From positions 388,650 through 452,649 of the forward strand of contig DUSX01000034.1 in the NCBI GenBank assembly GCA_012842395.1: a stretch of DNA of 64,000 nt, in the 5' to 3' direction. Position numbers and translations under genes: made by a program. Positions 37,715 to 47,641 of this stretch are shown piece by piece; position 1 is the stretch's first letter, and each line of letters starts with the position of its first letter. Source of the stretch: Bacillota bacterium. GTDB taxonomy: Bacteria > Bacillota > SHA-98 > UBA4971. The notes under the pieces are model-generated. The model had not been told where the DNA came from and made no database searches. It was given only the letters and a program-made list of their open reading frames with translations.

Positions 37715-39134
37715 TTGAGACCTCACTCCCGTCTTTTCTTGAATGATACGGGCTCTCGCGAACGCCATGACAGCCCGCGAGCCCCAAGCTCCGAAGCATT
37801 ATCGCTACGGCGGCGTCTGGATGGAATCTCGCAAGCACGCCGCATGATGCCATCACGTAGTCCCTGTCTATCACGCACCTCGCGTCAGGCGGCGGAAGGA
37901 GCCGGGTGTCACCCCGTCGCCCTTTCGCGCCCTCCAATATGAACCCGCCGCCCGGCAGCCTCGCCACCGCCCCGCCGGTCCCGATGATCCACTTGACCTT
38001 CGTCAGGTCCTTTCCCTCGGCCACCGTCACCCTGCCGAGCGGGCCGTACAGGTGCCGGACTTGGCCCGCATGGCGCCGAACTGCTATCTGCGCGGCCTCC
38101 GCGGCGAGCGCACGTGCAAACCGAAGCCCCTTTTCCGTCGAAGGCACCGGCTCGAGCTCCTGCAGCGCCTCGACGGGATCAAAGCCAAGATCCTGTGCAA
38201 GCTTATCGGGACCCACGAGGTCGACAATGTTCGACGCGTTGATGAAAACGCCCAGATCGCCCTCAACCGTGCGCTTGGCAACAGGCTCTGGGCTCGTCAG
38301 GATCTTCGCGACCTCTTCCGATCCTTCGGTCACCGAGTGCACGTCAGTGGTCGCTCCTCCCACATCGATGACCACCAGGTCCCCAATCGCCTCATACAGC
38401 AGCTTGGCTGCAGCCATCACCGCACCGGGCGTCGGCATGATCCCGCTGCTCACCACCTCGCGCACGCGGGCCATTCCGGGAGCGGTCACGATGTGCTCCT
38501 CGAACACCCTCTGGATCGCCCGCCTTGCAGGCTCGATGTTCAGGACGTCTACCCGAGGGTACACGTTCTCGACGATCGTGACTGCCGTCCCGGCCCCGTC
38601 GAAAATGGCCTTTACCTCGCCCTGGATAGCTCTGTTGCCCGCGTATATCACGGGCGCGCCCATGCGCGCCGCAGCGATGAGCCGGGCGTTGCGAAGAACC
38701 GTGTCCCTGTCGCCGAAATCCACACCCCCGGCGAGCAGGATGATGTTCGGCCGAACCTCGCGGAGCCTGGCCAGGTCGGTGTCAGACAGCGGTCCCGCGG
38801 TCACCATCCTCAGGATCGCGCCGGCCCCGAGCGCGGCTTCCTTTGCGGCCTTGACCGTCATGTCGTATACGAGCCCGTGGACGGTCATCCTGAGGCCACC
38901 CGCCGCGCTCGACGTGGCGAGGAGCAACTTGTACCCTACTTTCTCCGCGCCGAGACAGCGAGCGAGATCTTCCATGGCCCTTTCCAGGCCCAGCCAGACG
39001 TCGCCTTGCCGAACGCTCGTGAGCGCCCGGCCTTGCCCCAGGAACACCGGATTCGGCCCGCCAAGCCCGTCGAAGGCGTTCACCAGAGTCGTAGTGCTCC
39101 CGATCTCTGCAATCAATGCGTCTACGTTTAACAT
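37668..39134 (-). CDS. GlmL/MutL-family protein (glutamate mutase L-like, actin-fold ATPase); putative B12-enzyme reactivase component
   Basis: MLNVDALIAEIGSTTTLVNAF… is the xIDIGSTxT signature of GlmL. Its ATG overlaps the oraE stop (ATGTTAA). The Arg-rich first 79 aa of the track ORF are spurious. Confidence 0.7.
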   Translation of the reverse strand: MLNVDALIAEIGSTTTLVNAFDGLGGPNPVFLGQGRALTSVRQGDVWLGLERAMEDLARCLGAEKVGYKLLLATSSAAGGLRMTVHGLVYDMTVKAAKEAALGAGAILRMVTAGPLSDTDLARLREVRPNIILLAGGVDFGDRDTVLRNARLIAAARMGAPVIYAGNRAIQGEVKAIFDGAGTAVTIVENVYPRVDVLNIEPARRAIQRVFEEHIVTAPGMARVREVVSSGIMPTPGAVMAAAKLLYEAIGDLVVIDVGGATTDVHSVTEGSEEVAKILTSPEPVAKRTVEGDLGVFINASNIVDLVGPDKLAQDLGFDPVEALQELEPVPSTEKGLRFARALAAEAAQIAVRRHAGQVRHLYGPLGRVTVAEGKDLTKVKWIIGTGGAVARLPGGGFILEGAKGRRGDTRLLPPPDARCVIDRDYVMASCGVLARFHPDAAVAIMLRSLGLAGCHGVRESPYHSRKDGSEVSSGQQDQGSDHGRRWA

Positions 39135-41419
39135 GCCGGGGCCCCCGAATCCGTGCCCTCGCTCGAGCCTCCGCCTGGGCCTGGGTCGTTTCTGCCCTCT
39201 GAGTGCGCCTCCTTTTCTTGGAGCGTCCGCACGAGGAAGGTGGCTACGTCTATGCCGCGGGTCCCGCGCCCGAACCCGGCGTCCATTCCTGATTCGGTTG
39301 CGATGTCCCGCGTGACCTGGGTGCCGCCGGCGACCAAAAGCACCCTGTCGCGGATACCCTTTTCGACACACAGGCTAGCGAGCTTCTTCATGTTCATCCT
39401 GTGGACATCGGCATGGGTGATTATCATGCTTGCGAGGATCGCGTCGGCACCGACCTCGATCGCCGCGTTCACGAGTTTTTCAACAGGGCAGGACGTTCCC
39501 AGGTAATGGCACTCGATCCCGAAGCCCTCAAGCCCGCCGTGCTTTATGTCTAGTATCTCCCGGAGCCCGACAGAGTGCTCGTCCTGGCCCACCGTGGCCG
39601 CGACGACCTTGACGCCTCCTCTCCGCCTCACGAACTCCCTGATTTCGTCAGGCGAAAGAGGCTTTTGTGACTCTGGCGTCTTGAGGCTCGCGAGGTCTAT
39701 CCCGAACGTCACCCTGCCCTTCACTTCCACCAGGGTGCCCTCCGCTGGATGCATGACCTCCTTGTGGATGACCTTGGGCTCCTCCAGTCCGAGCCTGCGC
39801 GCGGTCTCGAGCGCCGCCGCCTCTGCGCGGGCCTCGTCGATCGGCCAGAACATGGTCATGGTCACGACCCGGTCCGCAGCCCACTCGACCTCAGGATAAA
39901 CCAGGCCCGGCGGCCCGGCCTCCAGCGTCGCGAGCCTCGTATCGACGTTGTCCGTGGGGTCAAGTTCATCGACGTATACTATCTTGTCGGGGTTGCACAG
40001 AGTGCATCCCCCGATGAGATCGCATGGCCGGTCCGCCCTCGTTCCCTCGGGGAGATGGTTGTCACCGAAGTGAGCGCACACCGGTGCCATATAGTCTGCG
40101 TCGCGCGGCACTATGGTCCCTGCCGCCACGCCCCCCTCGGGGTCTCGCGCTATCCCGTCGCCGTTGCGCTCCGGATACATTCCGGAGTCGACGAAGAAGC
40201 CTTGCCGCACAGCCTCGAAGTACCCGCCGACGTCCAAGATCTCCTCGAGGAACAATACCGCCCGCTCGGTGATCTCGCGCGCTTTCCGCTCCAGCTCGCC
40301 GTTGGGGTCGTCGTCAAGCTTCACCATGTCTCGCAGCCCGTCAAGCCCGATGAGCACCTGTTTGGCGGTGGCCAGGGCAGCGATGTTGTTGTAGTGCCAG
40401 GGGACGTTCCGTCCCTCGTCAGGCGTGATGGTGCTCTGGATGTCGGCGCTTGTGAGCCTCGATAACACGAGGTTAAGAGCGTGGGTGACGGTCGCCTCGC
40501 GCGTGGACGATTCTATGTACTTCGTGTTCATTTGGGCCCGGAACCTGTACCCTGCGAAGAGCCTGCGAAGGGCCACAGCATACGGCAGATCCAGGCGCAT
40601 CTCTGGCGCAGGCGGGGCCGCAGGAGGGACGGTGGACAGGCATATGTTCTCCTTCGCCATCCCAACTTTCACTGAATAGGCGCAGTTGATGGCATGCTGC
40701 ACCATCAGCTCAGGCGTGACCTTCCACGCCTCACGGGCAGTGGCGTTCGCATTGTGCGCTCCGTCGATCTGCGCCATGCCGGCCCATTGCATCAAGGTCT
40801 TGGCCACCGCCGCGTCGACGAATGACCGGTACATGTTGACGTTCCTGTACAGCACGTTGTACTGCGGGTCCTGGTGTGCGCCGTTCACGCCCTCCTCGGC
40901 GAAAAGCACGGCGATCTCTGGGCCCGCCACACCACTCACATACGAGTGGAAGTTTATCGGCCGGCCTACTTCGTCCTCGATGAGATCCAGTGCCTTGCGC
41001 GTCGCACGCACCTGTTTTCGCGTGATAGGGACACCGCCCACCCCTTCCGGAGTGCCTTCGATGAGCCCGTCGAAATGGCTTTGACCGATGGTGCGGATGA
41101 CCATTATGTGATCCGCCCCGTGCCAGGCCGCCATCCTCATCCGCCTTATGTCATCCTCGAACCGGCCCGACGCGATCTCCGTGGTCACGACCACCTCTGG
41201 CTGGGGGTCTATGCCACCGAAGTACTTCGCCGCAGGAAGCGCCACAGATCGATCCAGTGGGCGCGATATCTGGCGGTACTCGAATGGTCCGACCTTTGTG
41301 CCGGGCGGTAGCTTCTCACGCCAGACCCAGCCTCGCCGCCTGGGTCTGTAATGCTCGAGATCGCGGAGGATCTCCCGCACGTCCAGCTTCTCGTCGGGCC
41401 GCAGCGTCGCTCCAGCCAC
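39128..41419 (-). CDS. oraE: D-ornithine 4,5-aminomutase E subunit (PLP barrel plus C-terminal B12-binding domain)
   Basis: 763 aa. …ALPAAKYFGGIDPQPEVVVTTEIASGRFEDDIRRMRMAAWHGADHIMVIRTIGQSHFDGLIEGTPEGVGGVPITRKQVRA… C-terminal Rossmann domain with the DxHxxG cobalamin motif (GQDEHSVGL). Confidence 0.85.
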   Translation of the reverse strand: MAGATLRPDEKLDVREILRDLEHYRPRRRGWVWREKLPPGTKVGPFEYRQISRPLDRSVALPAAKYFGGIDPQPEVVVTTEIASGRFEDDIRRMRMAAWHGADHIMVIRTIGQSHFDGLIEGTPEGVGGVPITRKQVRATRKALDLIEDEVGRPINFHSYVSGVAGPEIAVLFAEEGVNGAHQDPQYNVLYRNVNMYRSFVDAAVAKTLMQWAGMAQIDGAHNANATAREAWKVTPELMVQHAINCAYSVKVGMAKENICLSTVPPAAPPAPEMRLDLPYAVALRRLFAGYRFRAQMNTKYIESSTREATVTHALNLVLSRLTSADIQSTITPDEGRNVPWHYNNIAALATAKQVLIGLDGLRDMVKLDDDPNGELERKAREITERAVLFLEEILDVGGYFEAVRQGFFVDSGMYPERNGDGIARDPEGGVAAGTIVPRDADYMAPVCAHFGDNHLPEGTRADRPCDLIGGCTLCNPDKIVYVDELDPTDNVDTRLATLEAGPPGLVYPEVEWAADRVVTMTMFWPIDEARAEAAALETARRLGLEEPKVIHKEVMHPAEGTLVEVKGRVTFGIDLASLKTPESQKPLSPDEIREFVRRRGGVKVVAATVGQDEHSVGLREILDIKHGGLEGFGIECHYLGTSCPVEKLVNAAIEVGADAILASMIITHADVHRMNMKKLASLCVEKGIRDRVLLVAGGTQVTRDIATESGMDAGFGRGTRGIDVATFLVRTLQEKEAHSEGRNDPGPGGGSSEGTDSGAPAC

Positions 41420-41425
41420 GTCGCC

Positions 41426-41791
41426 TCACCTCCCGGCACCGAAGAGGCTCACAGCCTCGTCCCACATCCTGCCCTCGGCCAGGGCGACGCCGGCCTCGCG
41501 CACACTCATCCCTCGGGCGGTCGCGAGCTTCCACACCACGTGGCCCGCGCCCTTGCCGAGAAGGCCTCTCTCGACGCACCTATCCACGATGGCTTTCGCC
41601 TCCAGGCTGGAAAACCCCATCCGGAGGAGAACCGACCTTTCAATCGAGGGTGAAGTGTGGGTGCGCGCAAGCTCCACCAAAGGCTGCACCACTTTGTCCG
41701 CCAGCTCCCAAAAGTACCTCGCGAGCTCTTCATCGCTCATGCCGGCGAGATGCCGACGCCTCTCCTCGAAATCATCAGGCCGAACCATCAC
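41426..41791 (-). CDS. oraS: D-ornithine 4,5-aminomutase S subunit
   Basis: 121 aa (MMVRPDDFEERRRHLAGMSDEELARYFWELADKVVQPLVELAR…). Sits immediately upstream of oraE with ATGA-type coupling to ortB. Size and position match OraS. Confidence 0.8.
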   Translation of the reverse strand: MMVRPDDFEERRRHLAGMSDEELARYFWELADKVVQPLVELARTHTSPSIERSVLLRMGFSSLEAKAIVDRCVERGLLGKGAGHVVWKLATARGMSVREAGVALAEGRMWDEAVSLFGAGR

Positions 41792-43218
41792 TCTGGGACC
41801 TCCCCTCCCCTTTGCAGCTCGCGGATGGTTTCCTCGACGAAGCCCACGGTCGAATTGGTATCATCAGCGAGGAACCTCACGTCCTCCGCGGATATCTGCC
41901 GACCTTTTGCGCAAGACAAGGCATTCCGTATGTAGGACCTGCGCATGTCGGCGAGGGATACGTCCTTGACGTGGATCTGCGACGGGTGAAGAGGTATGAC
42001 TATCCGTTTTCCGGGGACGTTCTCGCGGGGATCCCCGCGTCTAATCTCGATCCCCATCTCGCGCGCGAACGAAAGCTGCGCATAAGGGTGCTTCCCTGCT
42101 CCCGTGTACTCGGTCTCCTGCACGACCACCACCTGGTCGCGATCCATCTCCCGCGCTACGGCGATGGCAGCGGCGAGCGACGTGTTCCCCGCGGGACCTC
42201 GCTCCATCCCCTCGAGCTTCGCCAGCATCTCGGTGACGTAAAAGACCTCGCCCTGGGTCACGGTGACGTACCTGTCCATGTAGCGCAGGGGCCTCGCGGC
42301 GTTTCGAGGAACATCCGCCCTATCCGGCCACGTCGCAAATGGAATCCCGAAGCCCGTGTGCCCGGTCGTAAAGGATTTCCTGTTGAAATCGGTGTCGCTG
42401 GCCATGTGAAGCCCGAGAAGGTCGACGCTCGCAGCGATGACCTGAGTGTGCCGGCACCCCGCCTTGCGGAGACCCCGCGCCGTTCCGGTAACATTCCCGC
42501 CGCCCGCGTGGGTCACGATGACCGCATCCGGGAAGCGCCCTGTCATCCGCAGCGTCTCCGTGCCCACCTCGTACCCGAGGGTCTCGATGCCCGCGACGCT
42601 AAACGGCGTATAGAGGGAAGCGTTGAAGAAACCTGTCTCCTCGAGGAGCCTCAGGAAGACGTAGAAGAGCTCGGGCCCCACTGTGAGCTGGTGGACTTCG
42701 GCCCCGTACGCTTCGCACGCCCGTCCCTTCTCAATGATCTCGGGCTGGCCGCGCCCCTTCGAATCGTAGGTTTCTTGCACAATGATGCACTTGAGGCCAT
42801 GCTTAGCGGCCTGCGACGCCACGGCTGCCCCGTAATTGCCGCTGGTTGCGGCTATGACCCCTGGATACCCCTTCTTCTTGGCACAGTACACGGATACCGA
42901 CGCGCGCCTGTCCTTAAAGCTCCCCGACGGATTCGCAGATTCGTCTTTCACCAGGATCCGGGCGCCCTTGCCAGGAGCGGATATCCGCCGCACCACCTCG
43001 GTGATGTTGCGGAGCTCGACCAGGGGCGTTCGCCCGACGCTCGTTTCTTCCTGGATGGCGTGGACTTCGTCGAGCGTGTACCCGACCTCGTCCATCATCC
43101 CCTCGTAATCAAAGGCGATCGCGCCGAGCTCGAACTTCTCGTAGTCGATGCCCACCGCCGATCTCATGATGTCTTGGCGCCTCGCCATGACATCCGCGTA
43201 ACTCGTGCCGGGCATCAC
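41788..43218 (-). CDS. ortB: 2-amino-4-ketopentanoate thiolase beta subunit (PLP-dependent)
   Basis: 476 aa fold-type II PLP enzyme (…KDESANPSGSFKDRRASVSV…GVIAATSGNYGAAVASQAAKHGLKCIIV…). Context is ord-ortA-ortB-oraSE. Confidence 0.8.
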   Translation of the reverse strand: MMPGTSYADVMARRQDIMRSAVGIDYEKFELGAIAFDYEGMMDEVGYTLDEVHAIQEETSVGRTPLVELRNITEVVRRISAPGKGARILVKDESANPSGSFKDRRASVSVYCAKKKGYPGVIAATSGNYGAAVASQAAKHGLKCIIVQETYDSKGRGQPEIIEKGRACEAYGAEVHQLTVGPELFYVFLRLLEETGFFNASLYTPFSVAGIETLGYEVGTETLRMTGRFPDAVIVTHAGGGNVTGTARGLRKAGCRHTQVIAASVDLLGLHMASDTDFNRKSFTTGHTGFGIPFATWPDRADVPRNAARPLRYMDRYVTVTQGEVFYVTEMLAKLEGMERGPAGNTSLAAAIAVAREMDRDQVVVVQETEYTGAGKHPYAQLSFAREMGIEIRRGDPRENVPGKRIVIPLHPSQIHVKDVSLADMRRSYIRNALSCAKGRQISAEDVRFLADDTNSTVGFVEETIRELQRGGEVPE

Positions 43219-43580
43219 GGTTCACCACCCTCTTTGTTCCTCCCGGCCTCCCGTGCGCCGAGAAGCCCCCATAGTTCCTCGCCAATGTGGAGGAGCTCGG
43301 GCACGGGCCTAGCAAAGGAATGGGGGTACGGAGGATTCACCGCGACCAGCCGTCCCCTGACCTTTCTCCCAAGCACCGTGGTGATCGTCACCTCATCTCC
43401 AACGAGCGCGTCGTGGTCCAGATACCCCTTGATTCGCAGCTCCAAAGGAACCTTCTGGGTGTCCTCGGGGACTTGCGGGGCCCGCTCGCCAGGTTTCAGA
43501 ATGATCGAGTGCACCTGCACGTACTCCCCGGACCGCACGCGCTTGCTGTTTTCTGACTCCGGAACGTTCACGTCACACAT
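43215..43580 (-). CDS. ortA: 2-amino-4-ketopentanoate thiolase alpha subunit
   Basis: ~120 aa (…GEYVQVHSIILKPGERAPQVPEDTQKVPLELRIKGYL…) between ord and ortB, with overlapping stop/start codons. Start may be internal. Confidence 0.65.
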   Translation of the reverse strand: MCDVNVPESENSKRVRSGEYVQVHSIILKPGERAPQVPEDTQKVPLELRIKGYLDHDALVGDEVTITTVLGRKVRGRLVAVNPPYPHSFARPVPELLHIGEELWGLLGAREAGRNKEGGEP

Positions 43581-44634
43581 GCTCCCTGCGTCCTCCCTCC
43601 CCCCGGGCGAGCTTCGCTATGTCTCCCATGAAGCACGCGGGCACACGCAGGTCTTTCATGGTGACAAGGCCGGGCTCCGCATTCAACACATGCGGGATCA
43701 TGTTCACCGCGATGGCGATCGTGCCGGTGCCGCCCGGGATCTCCGGCTTTATCGCTAGGTTCACGGGCGGGGTGCCTTCGATCCAGATGTAGTCCCCGGT
43801 CTCCACGCCCTCCAGACCCGGCAGAACCTGTTGCGGATGTTCGAGGGTGATCACTTCCTCCCCGTTCATGAAGGCATGAGCCGTGTGGTTGCAGCCCGCA
43901 ACCATCCCCGGCTTCACGTCGACGTAAGGCGTCTTGCGCCTCGTGGCCGAGACGATGGGCTCGCGGGTCTGCCGGATCTCGTCAAGCTTCCACCCGAGCG
44001 CATCCGCGATCATACCGCATGACTGGACAAACCCGATGTGTCCGACTATGGTGCCTTTAGCAAGCCCATCTCTGAACTCCTCGACGGTGGTGCCCACGCC
44101 CTGGGTTCGCATGACCGTCGGCCCGAAAGGAGAGAGGTCGTTGACGCGCCTGGCCTTCACTCTTCTGACCCCGGTGCAGATGCCGGTGAGAGCGATTATG
44201 AGAGTATCGAGGACAAACCCTGGATTGATGCCCGTGCCGAGCACGCTCACCCCGTACTTGCGCGCAAGCTGGTCGATCTCTGCAGCAAGCTTCGGGTCGG
44301 TTTGCCAGAGATACGCCATCTCCTCCGCCACCGTGATGACATCCGACCCCGCGGCCATGGCCGCGTCCAGCTGGTGATAGATCTCTTTCGCAAACGACGA
44401 GGTGGCGTGAAGCACCACGTCCGCGCCCGCCTCGAGGGCTTCCTCCGGATTGCTCGTGACCCTCACGCCAAGCTCGCGTCCAACCCCGAGTACCTCCCCC
44501 AGATCGCGCCCTGCTTTCTCTGGCCTCGAGGCTACGGCCCCAACGATCCTGACTCCTTTACGCTCTAGCAGGGCTCTCGCCATGCCGGAGCCCATCGCAC
44601 CGAGCCCCCAACACACCACCGTGACATCGTCCAC
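43573..44634 (-). CDS. ord: 2,4-diaminopentanoate dehydrogenase (DapB-like N-terminal Rossmann fold)
   Basis: GTG at 44634 (AAGGGGGAG, then 8 nt) gives MDDVTVVCWGLGAMGSGMARALLERKGVRIVGAV… First gene of the operon. Track ORF extends to 44679. Confidence 0.75.
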   Translation of the reverse strand: MDDVTVVCWGLGAMGSGMARALLERKGVRIVGAVASRPEKAGRDLGEVLGVGRELGVRVTSNPEEALEAGADVVLHATSSFAKEIYHQLDAAMAAGSDVITVAEEMAYLWQTDPKLAAEIDQLARKYGVSVLGTGINPGFVLDTLIIALTGICTGVRRVKARRVNDLSPFGPTVMRTQGVGTTVEEFRDGLAKGTIVGHIGFVQSCGMIADALGWKLDEIRQTREPIVSATRRKTPYVDVKPGMVAGCNHTAHAFMNGEEVITLEHPQQVLPGLEGVETGDYIWIEGTPPVNLAIKPEIPGGTGTIAIAVNMIPHVLNAEPGLVTMKDLRVPACFMGDIAKLARGEGGRREHV

Positions 44635-44814
44635 TGCGATCACTCCCCCTTGCATAGTTCCTGGTGAGCTGCGCAGCACCGAACCGGCAGCCGCAGCCTA
44701 CTCGCTGCATACTCTGTCAACTGGCCGCACCGAACCGCGAGCGGCGCGCCTCGTGCCACCGTTGCCTCACGCATGCTTGGATGACCAGCCCGCTCGGCCG
44801 CATCTATGCAGCTA

Positions 44815-44828
44815 TGCATAATTATGCA
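44815..44828. promoter_or_regulatory. Perfect 14-bp palindrome TGCATAATTATGCA (TGCA-N6-TGCA) upstream of the ornithine operon, inside a TGCA-rich tract
   Basis: Seen directly. Same TGCA-N6-TGCA architecture as the two sites upstream of the buk2 sigma-54 promoter. A possible -24/-12 element TGGCAC-N5-GCGCC lies on the minus strand at 44743-44758. Confidence 0.35.
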
Positions 44829-45064
44829 CCCACTGCATACGCGCGGCCGAAAAATGTGCCGCCTCCCCCACTCAGATGTTCGGCAGCTTCCCGCACTTAG
44901 GTTCCCTAGTTTTCCCTATGGTATTCTACTCGATGCTCCGGATTCCTGCCCCACCAAACGTGAGAGGGAAGCGGGAAGCCGTGGGCGGGCGGAACTCGCG
45001 GGGGCGCAGGTGGCAGTGCAACCGTGCGAGGTGCGGGCAGGCCGTTCCGGAGCAAATCGAGGGA

Positions 45065-45110
45065 TCGAAAGCGAAACGGGCCGCCGAAACGGGCCGCCCA
45101 TGAACGGGCG
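45065..45110 (-). terminator. Intrinsic-terminator-like hairpin downstream of lon
   Basis: Minus strand reads GGGCCGCCCGTTCATGGGCGGCCC, a 9-bp perfect stem, followed by GTTTCGGCGGCCCGTTTCGCTTTCG. It sits immediately after the lon stop. Includes tandem GAAACGGGCCGCC units. Confidence 0.45.
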
Positions 45111-45175
45111 GCCCATCCTCAGGAACACGTGACACAGCTAGCTTCGGGAAATCGGGGGTATCTCCACGTCCTCAC

Positions 45176-47641
45176 TTAGCAGGACTCGTAGTAGAGCTGG
45201 TCCGGGACCGGTGCGGGCGGACCGTCCTGAACAATCGCTGGCAGCACCCGCTCTTCTTCGTCCTCCGCGTTCCGCTGCCCCTCGCACAGCTCGTCCCGGC
45301 GCTGAAGCGCGACGTCGAGCACTTCGTCCATGTGCTCCACGAATACCAGCTTCATGTCGTCGAGGACGCTCTTCGGGATCTCCTCGGTGTCCTTGCGGTT
45401 CTCGCTGGGAAGCACCACCGTGAAAACCCCCGCCCGGTGCGCCGCTACGACTTTCTCCTTCACGCCGCCCACAGGCAGGACCCTTCCCCGCAAGGTGATC
45501 TCGCCGGTCATGGCGATGTCGCACCTCACCGGCCTGCCAGAAAGGGCGGACGCGAGGGCGGTCGCCATCGCGATCCCGGCGGAGGGCCCGTCCTTCGGTA
45601 TAGCGCCCTCAGGCACGTGGATGTGCACATCCCGGTCCTGATAGAAATTGGGGTCTATCCCGAGATCATCCGCGCGGGACCTGATGTACGTGAAGCCGGC
45701 CTGCGCGGACTCCTTCATCACCTCGCCCAGCTTGCCCGTGAGCGTGAGCTTCCCGGTACCTTTCATAACCGAGACCTCGATGGCCAGGATATCCCCGCCC
45801 ACCTCTGTAACAGCGAGACCGGTCGCAACGCCCACCCTGTCCTCGGACTCGGCGACGCCGTACCTGTACTGCGGTATGCCGAGGTACCCTTCAACGTCGG
45901 CTGGCCCCACAACTATGCGAGCGCCCTCGGCGTCAGACGGCGCGCTCACCACCTTCTTCGCGATCTTCCTCAATATCGAGGAGATCTCCCTCTCGAGCCC
46001 GCGCACCCCCGCCTCCCGGGTGTACTGCCTGATGATCGTCCTTATGGCGTCCTCGGTGAACTCGATGTTGTATCGCTCGAGCCCGTTCTCCTTCAACTGC
46101 TTCGGCACGAGGAAATGCAGGCCGATCTGCACCTTCTCTTCCTCGGTGTAGCCTGGTATGGAAATGATCTCCATGCGGTCCGCAAGCGGCTTGGGGATGG
46201 CATGGAGCACGTTCGCCGTCGTTATGAACATGACGTCGGACAGGTCGAACGGGATCTCGATGTAGTGATCGCCGAACGCGAAGTTCTGCTCAGGATCAAG
46301 GACCTCGAGAAGCGCCGACGAAGGGTCTCCCCGGAAGTCGTAGCTCATCTTGTCTACCTCGTCGAGGAGGATCACCGGGTTCTTCGAGCCAGCTTGACGC
46401 ATGGCCTGGATGATCTTGCCAGGGAGCGCACCTACGTATGTGCGACGGTGCCCGCGGATCTCGGCCTCATCCTTTATGCCGCCCAGCGAGAACCTGACGA
46501 ATTTCCTGTCAAGCGCCCGAGCTATGGACTTGCCAAGGGAGGTCTTGCCCACGCCAGGCGGCCCGACGAGGCAGAGGATCGGGCCCTTGAGCTTGCTTGT
46601 AAGTTGGCGGACGGCCAGGAACTCAAGGATGCGCTCCTTGACCTTCTCCAAGCCGTAATGATCCTCGTCAAGGACCTTGGCCGCGGCCTCGATATCCAAG
46701 CGGTCCTGGGTTTTGCGTGTCCATGGGAGAGCCAAGAGCCAGTCAAGATAGGTTCGCACCACGACAGCCTCCGCAGCCATGGGAGGCATCTTCTCGAGCC
46801 TCTCCACCTCACGGAGCGCCCGTTCCTCGACTTCCTTGGGCAGGTCCGCGGCAGCGATCTTCTCGCGGTATTCCTCGCCCTCCTGGGACTTGTCGTCCCG
46901 TTCGCCGAGCTCCTTCTGTATGGCCTTCATCTGCTCGCGGAGGTAATACTCCTTCTGGGTCCTCTCCATTTGCTTTCGCACGCGCGAGTTGATCTTCTTC
47001 TCAAGCTCGAGGATTTCCATTTCCTTGAGCAAGATGGCGCACAGTCTCTCCAGCCTAAGCCTGGGAGACGCAGCCTCGAGCACCTTCTGTTTGTCCTCCG
47101 TTCGCAGAGGCAGATGGGCCGCTATGTCGTCAGCGAGTCTCCCTGGGTCTTCTATTGTTTGGACGGATGCCAGCACTTCGGTGGGTATCTTCTTGCCGAC
47201 TCTGACGTAGGACTCGAAGTACCCAAGAACGCTGCGCATGAGGGCTTCGGTCTCCTTGGTCATGCGCTCGGAAACCTCGAGGGGCTCGATTCTCACCTTG
47301 TAGAACGGATCGACCTGCGTGTACTCGGCGATCCTCGCGCGTTGCACGCCTTCGACCAGCACCCTGATGGTGCCGTCCGGGTACCTGGCGAGCTGTTTGA
47401 CCTCAGAAATCGTGCCGACCTCGTAGATCTCCTTCGGCGTTGGCTCGTTCACCTTGGCCTGCTTCTGAGCCGCAAGAAGGATGAGCCTGTCATTCATCAT
47501 CGCGTCTTCGAGCGCGGCCACAGACCTATCTCTGCCCACGTCGAGCGGAACGGTCATGAACGGAAACACGATCACGCCACGCAATGGGAGAAGAGGTACC
47601 AAGTCCCTCGTTCTTGCTGCTTTGGTTTCGTCCTTTGGCAT
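45176..47641 (-). CDS. lon: ATP-dependent Lon protease (LonA)
   Basis: …[36 protein letters not shown]… (Lon N-domain). AAA+ …[18 protein letters not shown]… Protease …[23 protein letters not shown]…. Confidence 0.9.
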   Translation of the reverse strand: MPKDETKAARTRDLVPLLPLRGVIVFPFMTVPLDVGRDRSVAALEDAMMNDRLILLAAQKQAKVNEPTPKEIYEVGTISEVKQLARYPDGTIRVLVEGVQRARIAEYTQVDPFYKVRIEPLEVSERMTKETEALMRSVLGYFESYVRVGKKIPTEVLASVQTIEDPGRLADDIAAHLPLRTEDKQKVLEAASPRLRLERLCAILLKEMEILELEKKINSRVRKQMERTQKEYYLREQMKAIQKELGERDDKSQEGEEYREKIAAADLPKEVEERALREVERLEKMPPMAAEAVVVRTYLDWLLALPWTRKTQDRLDIEAAAKVLDEDHYGLEKVKERILEFLAVRQLTSKLKGPILCLVGPPGVGKTSLGKSIARALDRKFVRFSLGGIKDEAEIRGHRRTYVGALPGKIIQAMRQAGSKNPVILLDEVDKMSYDFRGDPSSALLEVLDPEQNFAFGDHYIEIPFDLSDVMFITTANVLHAIPKPLADRMEIISIPGYTEEEKVQIGLHFLVPKQLKENGLERYNIEFTEDAIRTIIRQYTREAGVRGLEREISSILRKIAKKVVSAPSDAEGARIVVGPADVEGYLGIPQYRYGVAESEDRVGVATGLAVTEVGGDILAIEVSVMKGTGKLTLTGKLGEVMKESAQAGFTYIRSRADDLGIDPNFYQDRDVHIHVPEGAIPKDGPSAGIAMATALASALSGRPVRCDIAMTGEITLRGRVLPVGGVKEKVVAAHRAGVFTVVLPSENRKDTEEIPKSVLDDMKLVFVEHMDEVLDVALQRRDELCEGQRNAEDEEERVLPAIVQDGPPAPVPDQLYYESC

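Noticed and set aside
41257-43758. 833-aa plus-strand ORF, and similar long ORFs at 45332-47899 (+), 23583-25172 (+), 36572-37942 (+) and 37906-39315 (+)
   Set aside because: Each lies antisense to a well-supported gene (ortB/ortA/ord, lon, infB, the P-loop and GlmL genes). Translations are Arg/Pro/Gly-rich and low-complexity. Long antisense ORFs are expected in GC-rich DNA.
44680-45175. Strong consensus sigma-54 promoter or riboswitch/T-box in the ord leader
   Set aside because: Only a weak -12 box (GCGCC) accompanies the TGGCAC. No recognisable riboswitch or T-box specifier/antiterminator core was seen by eye. Reported only as a hypothesis, together with the palindrome.
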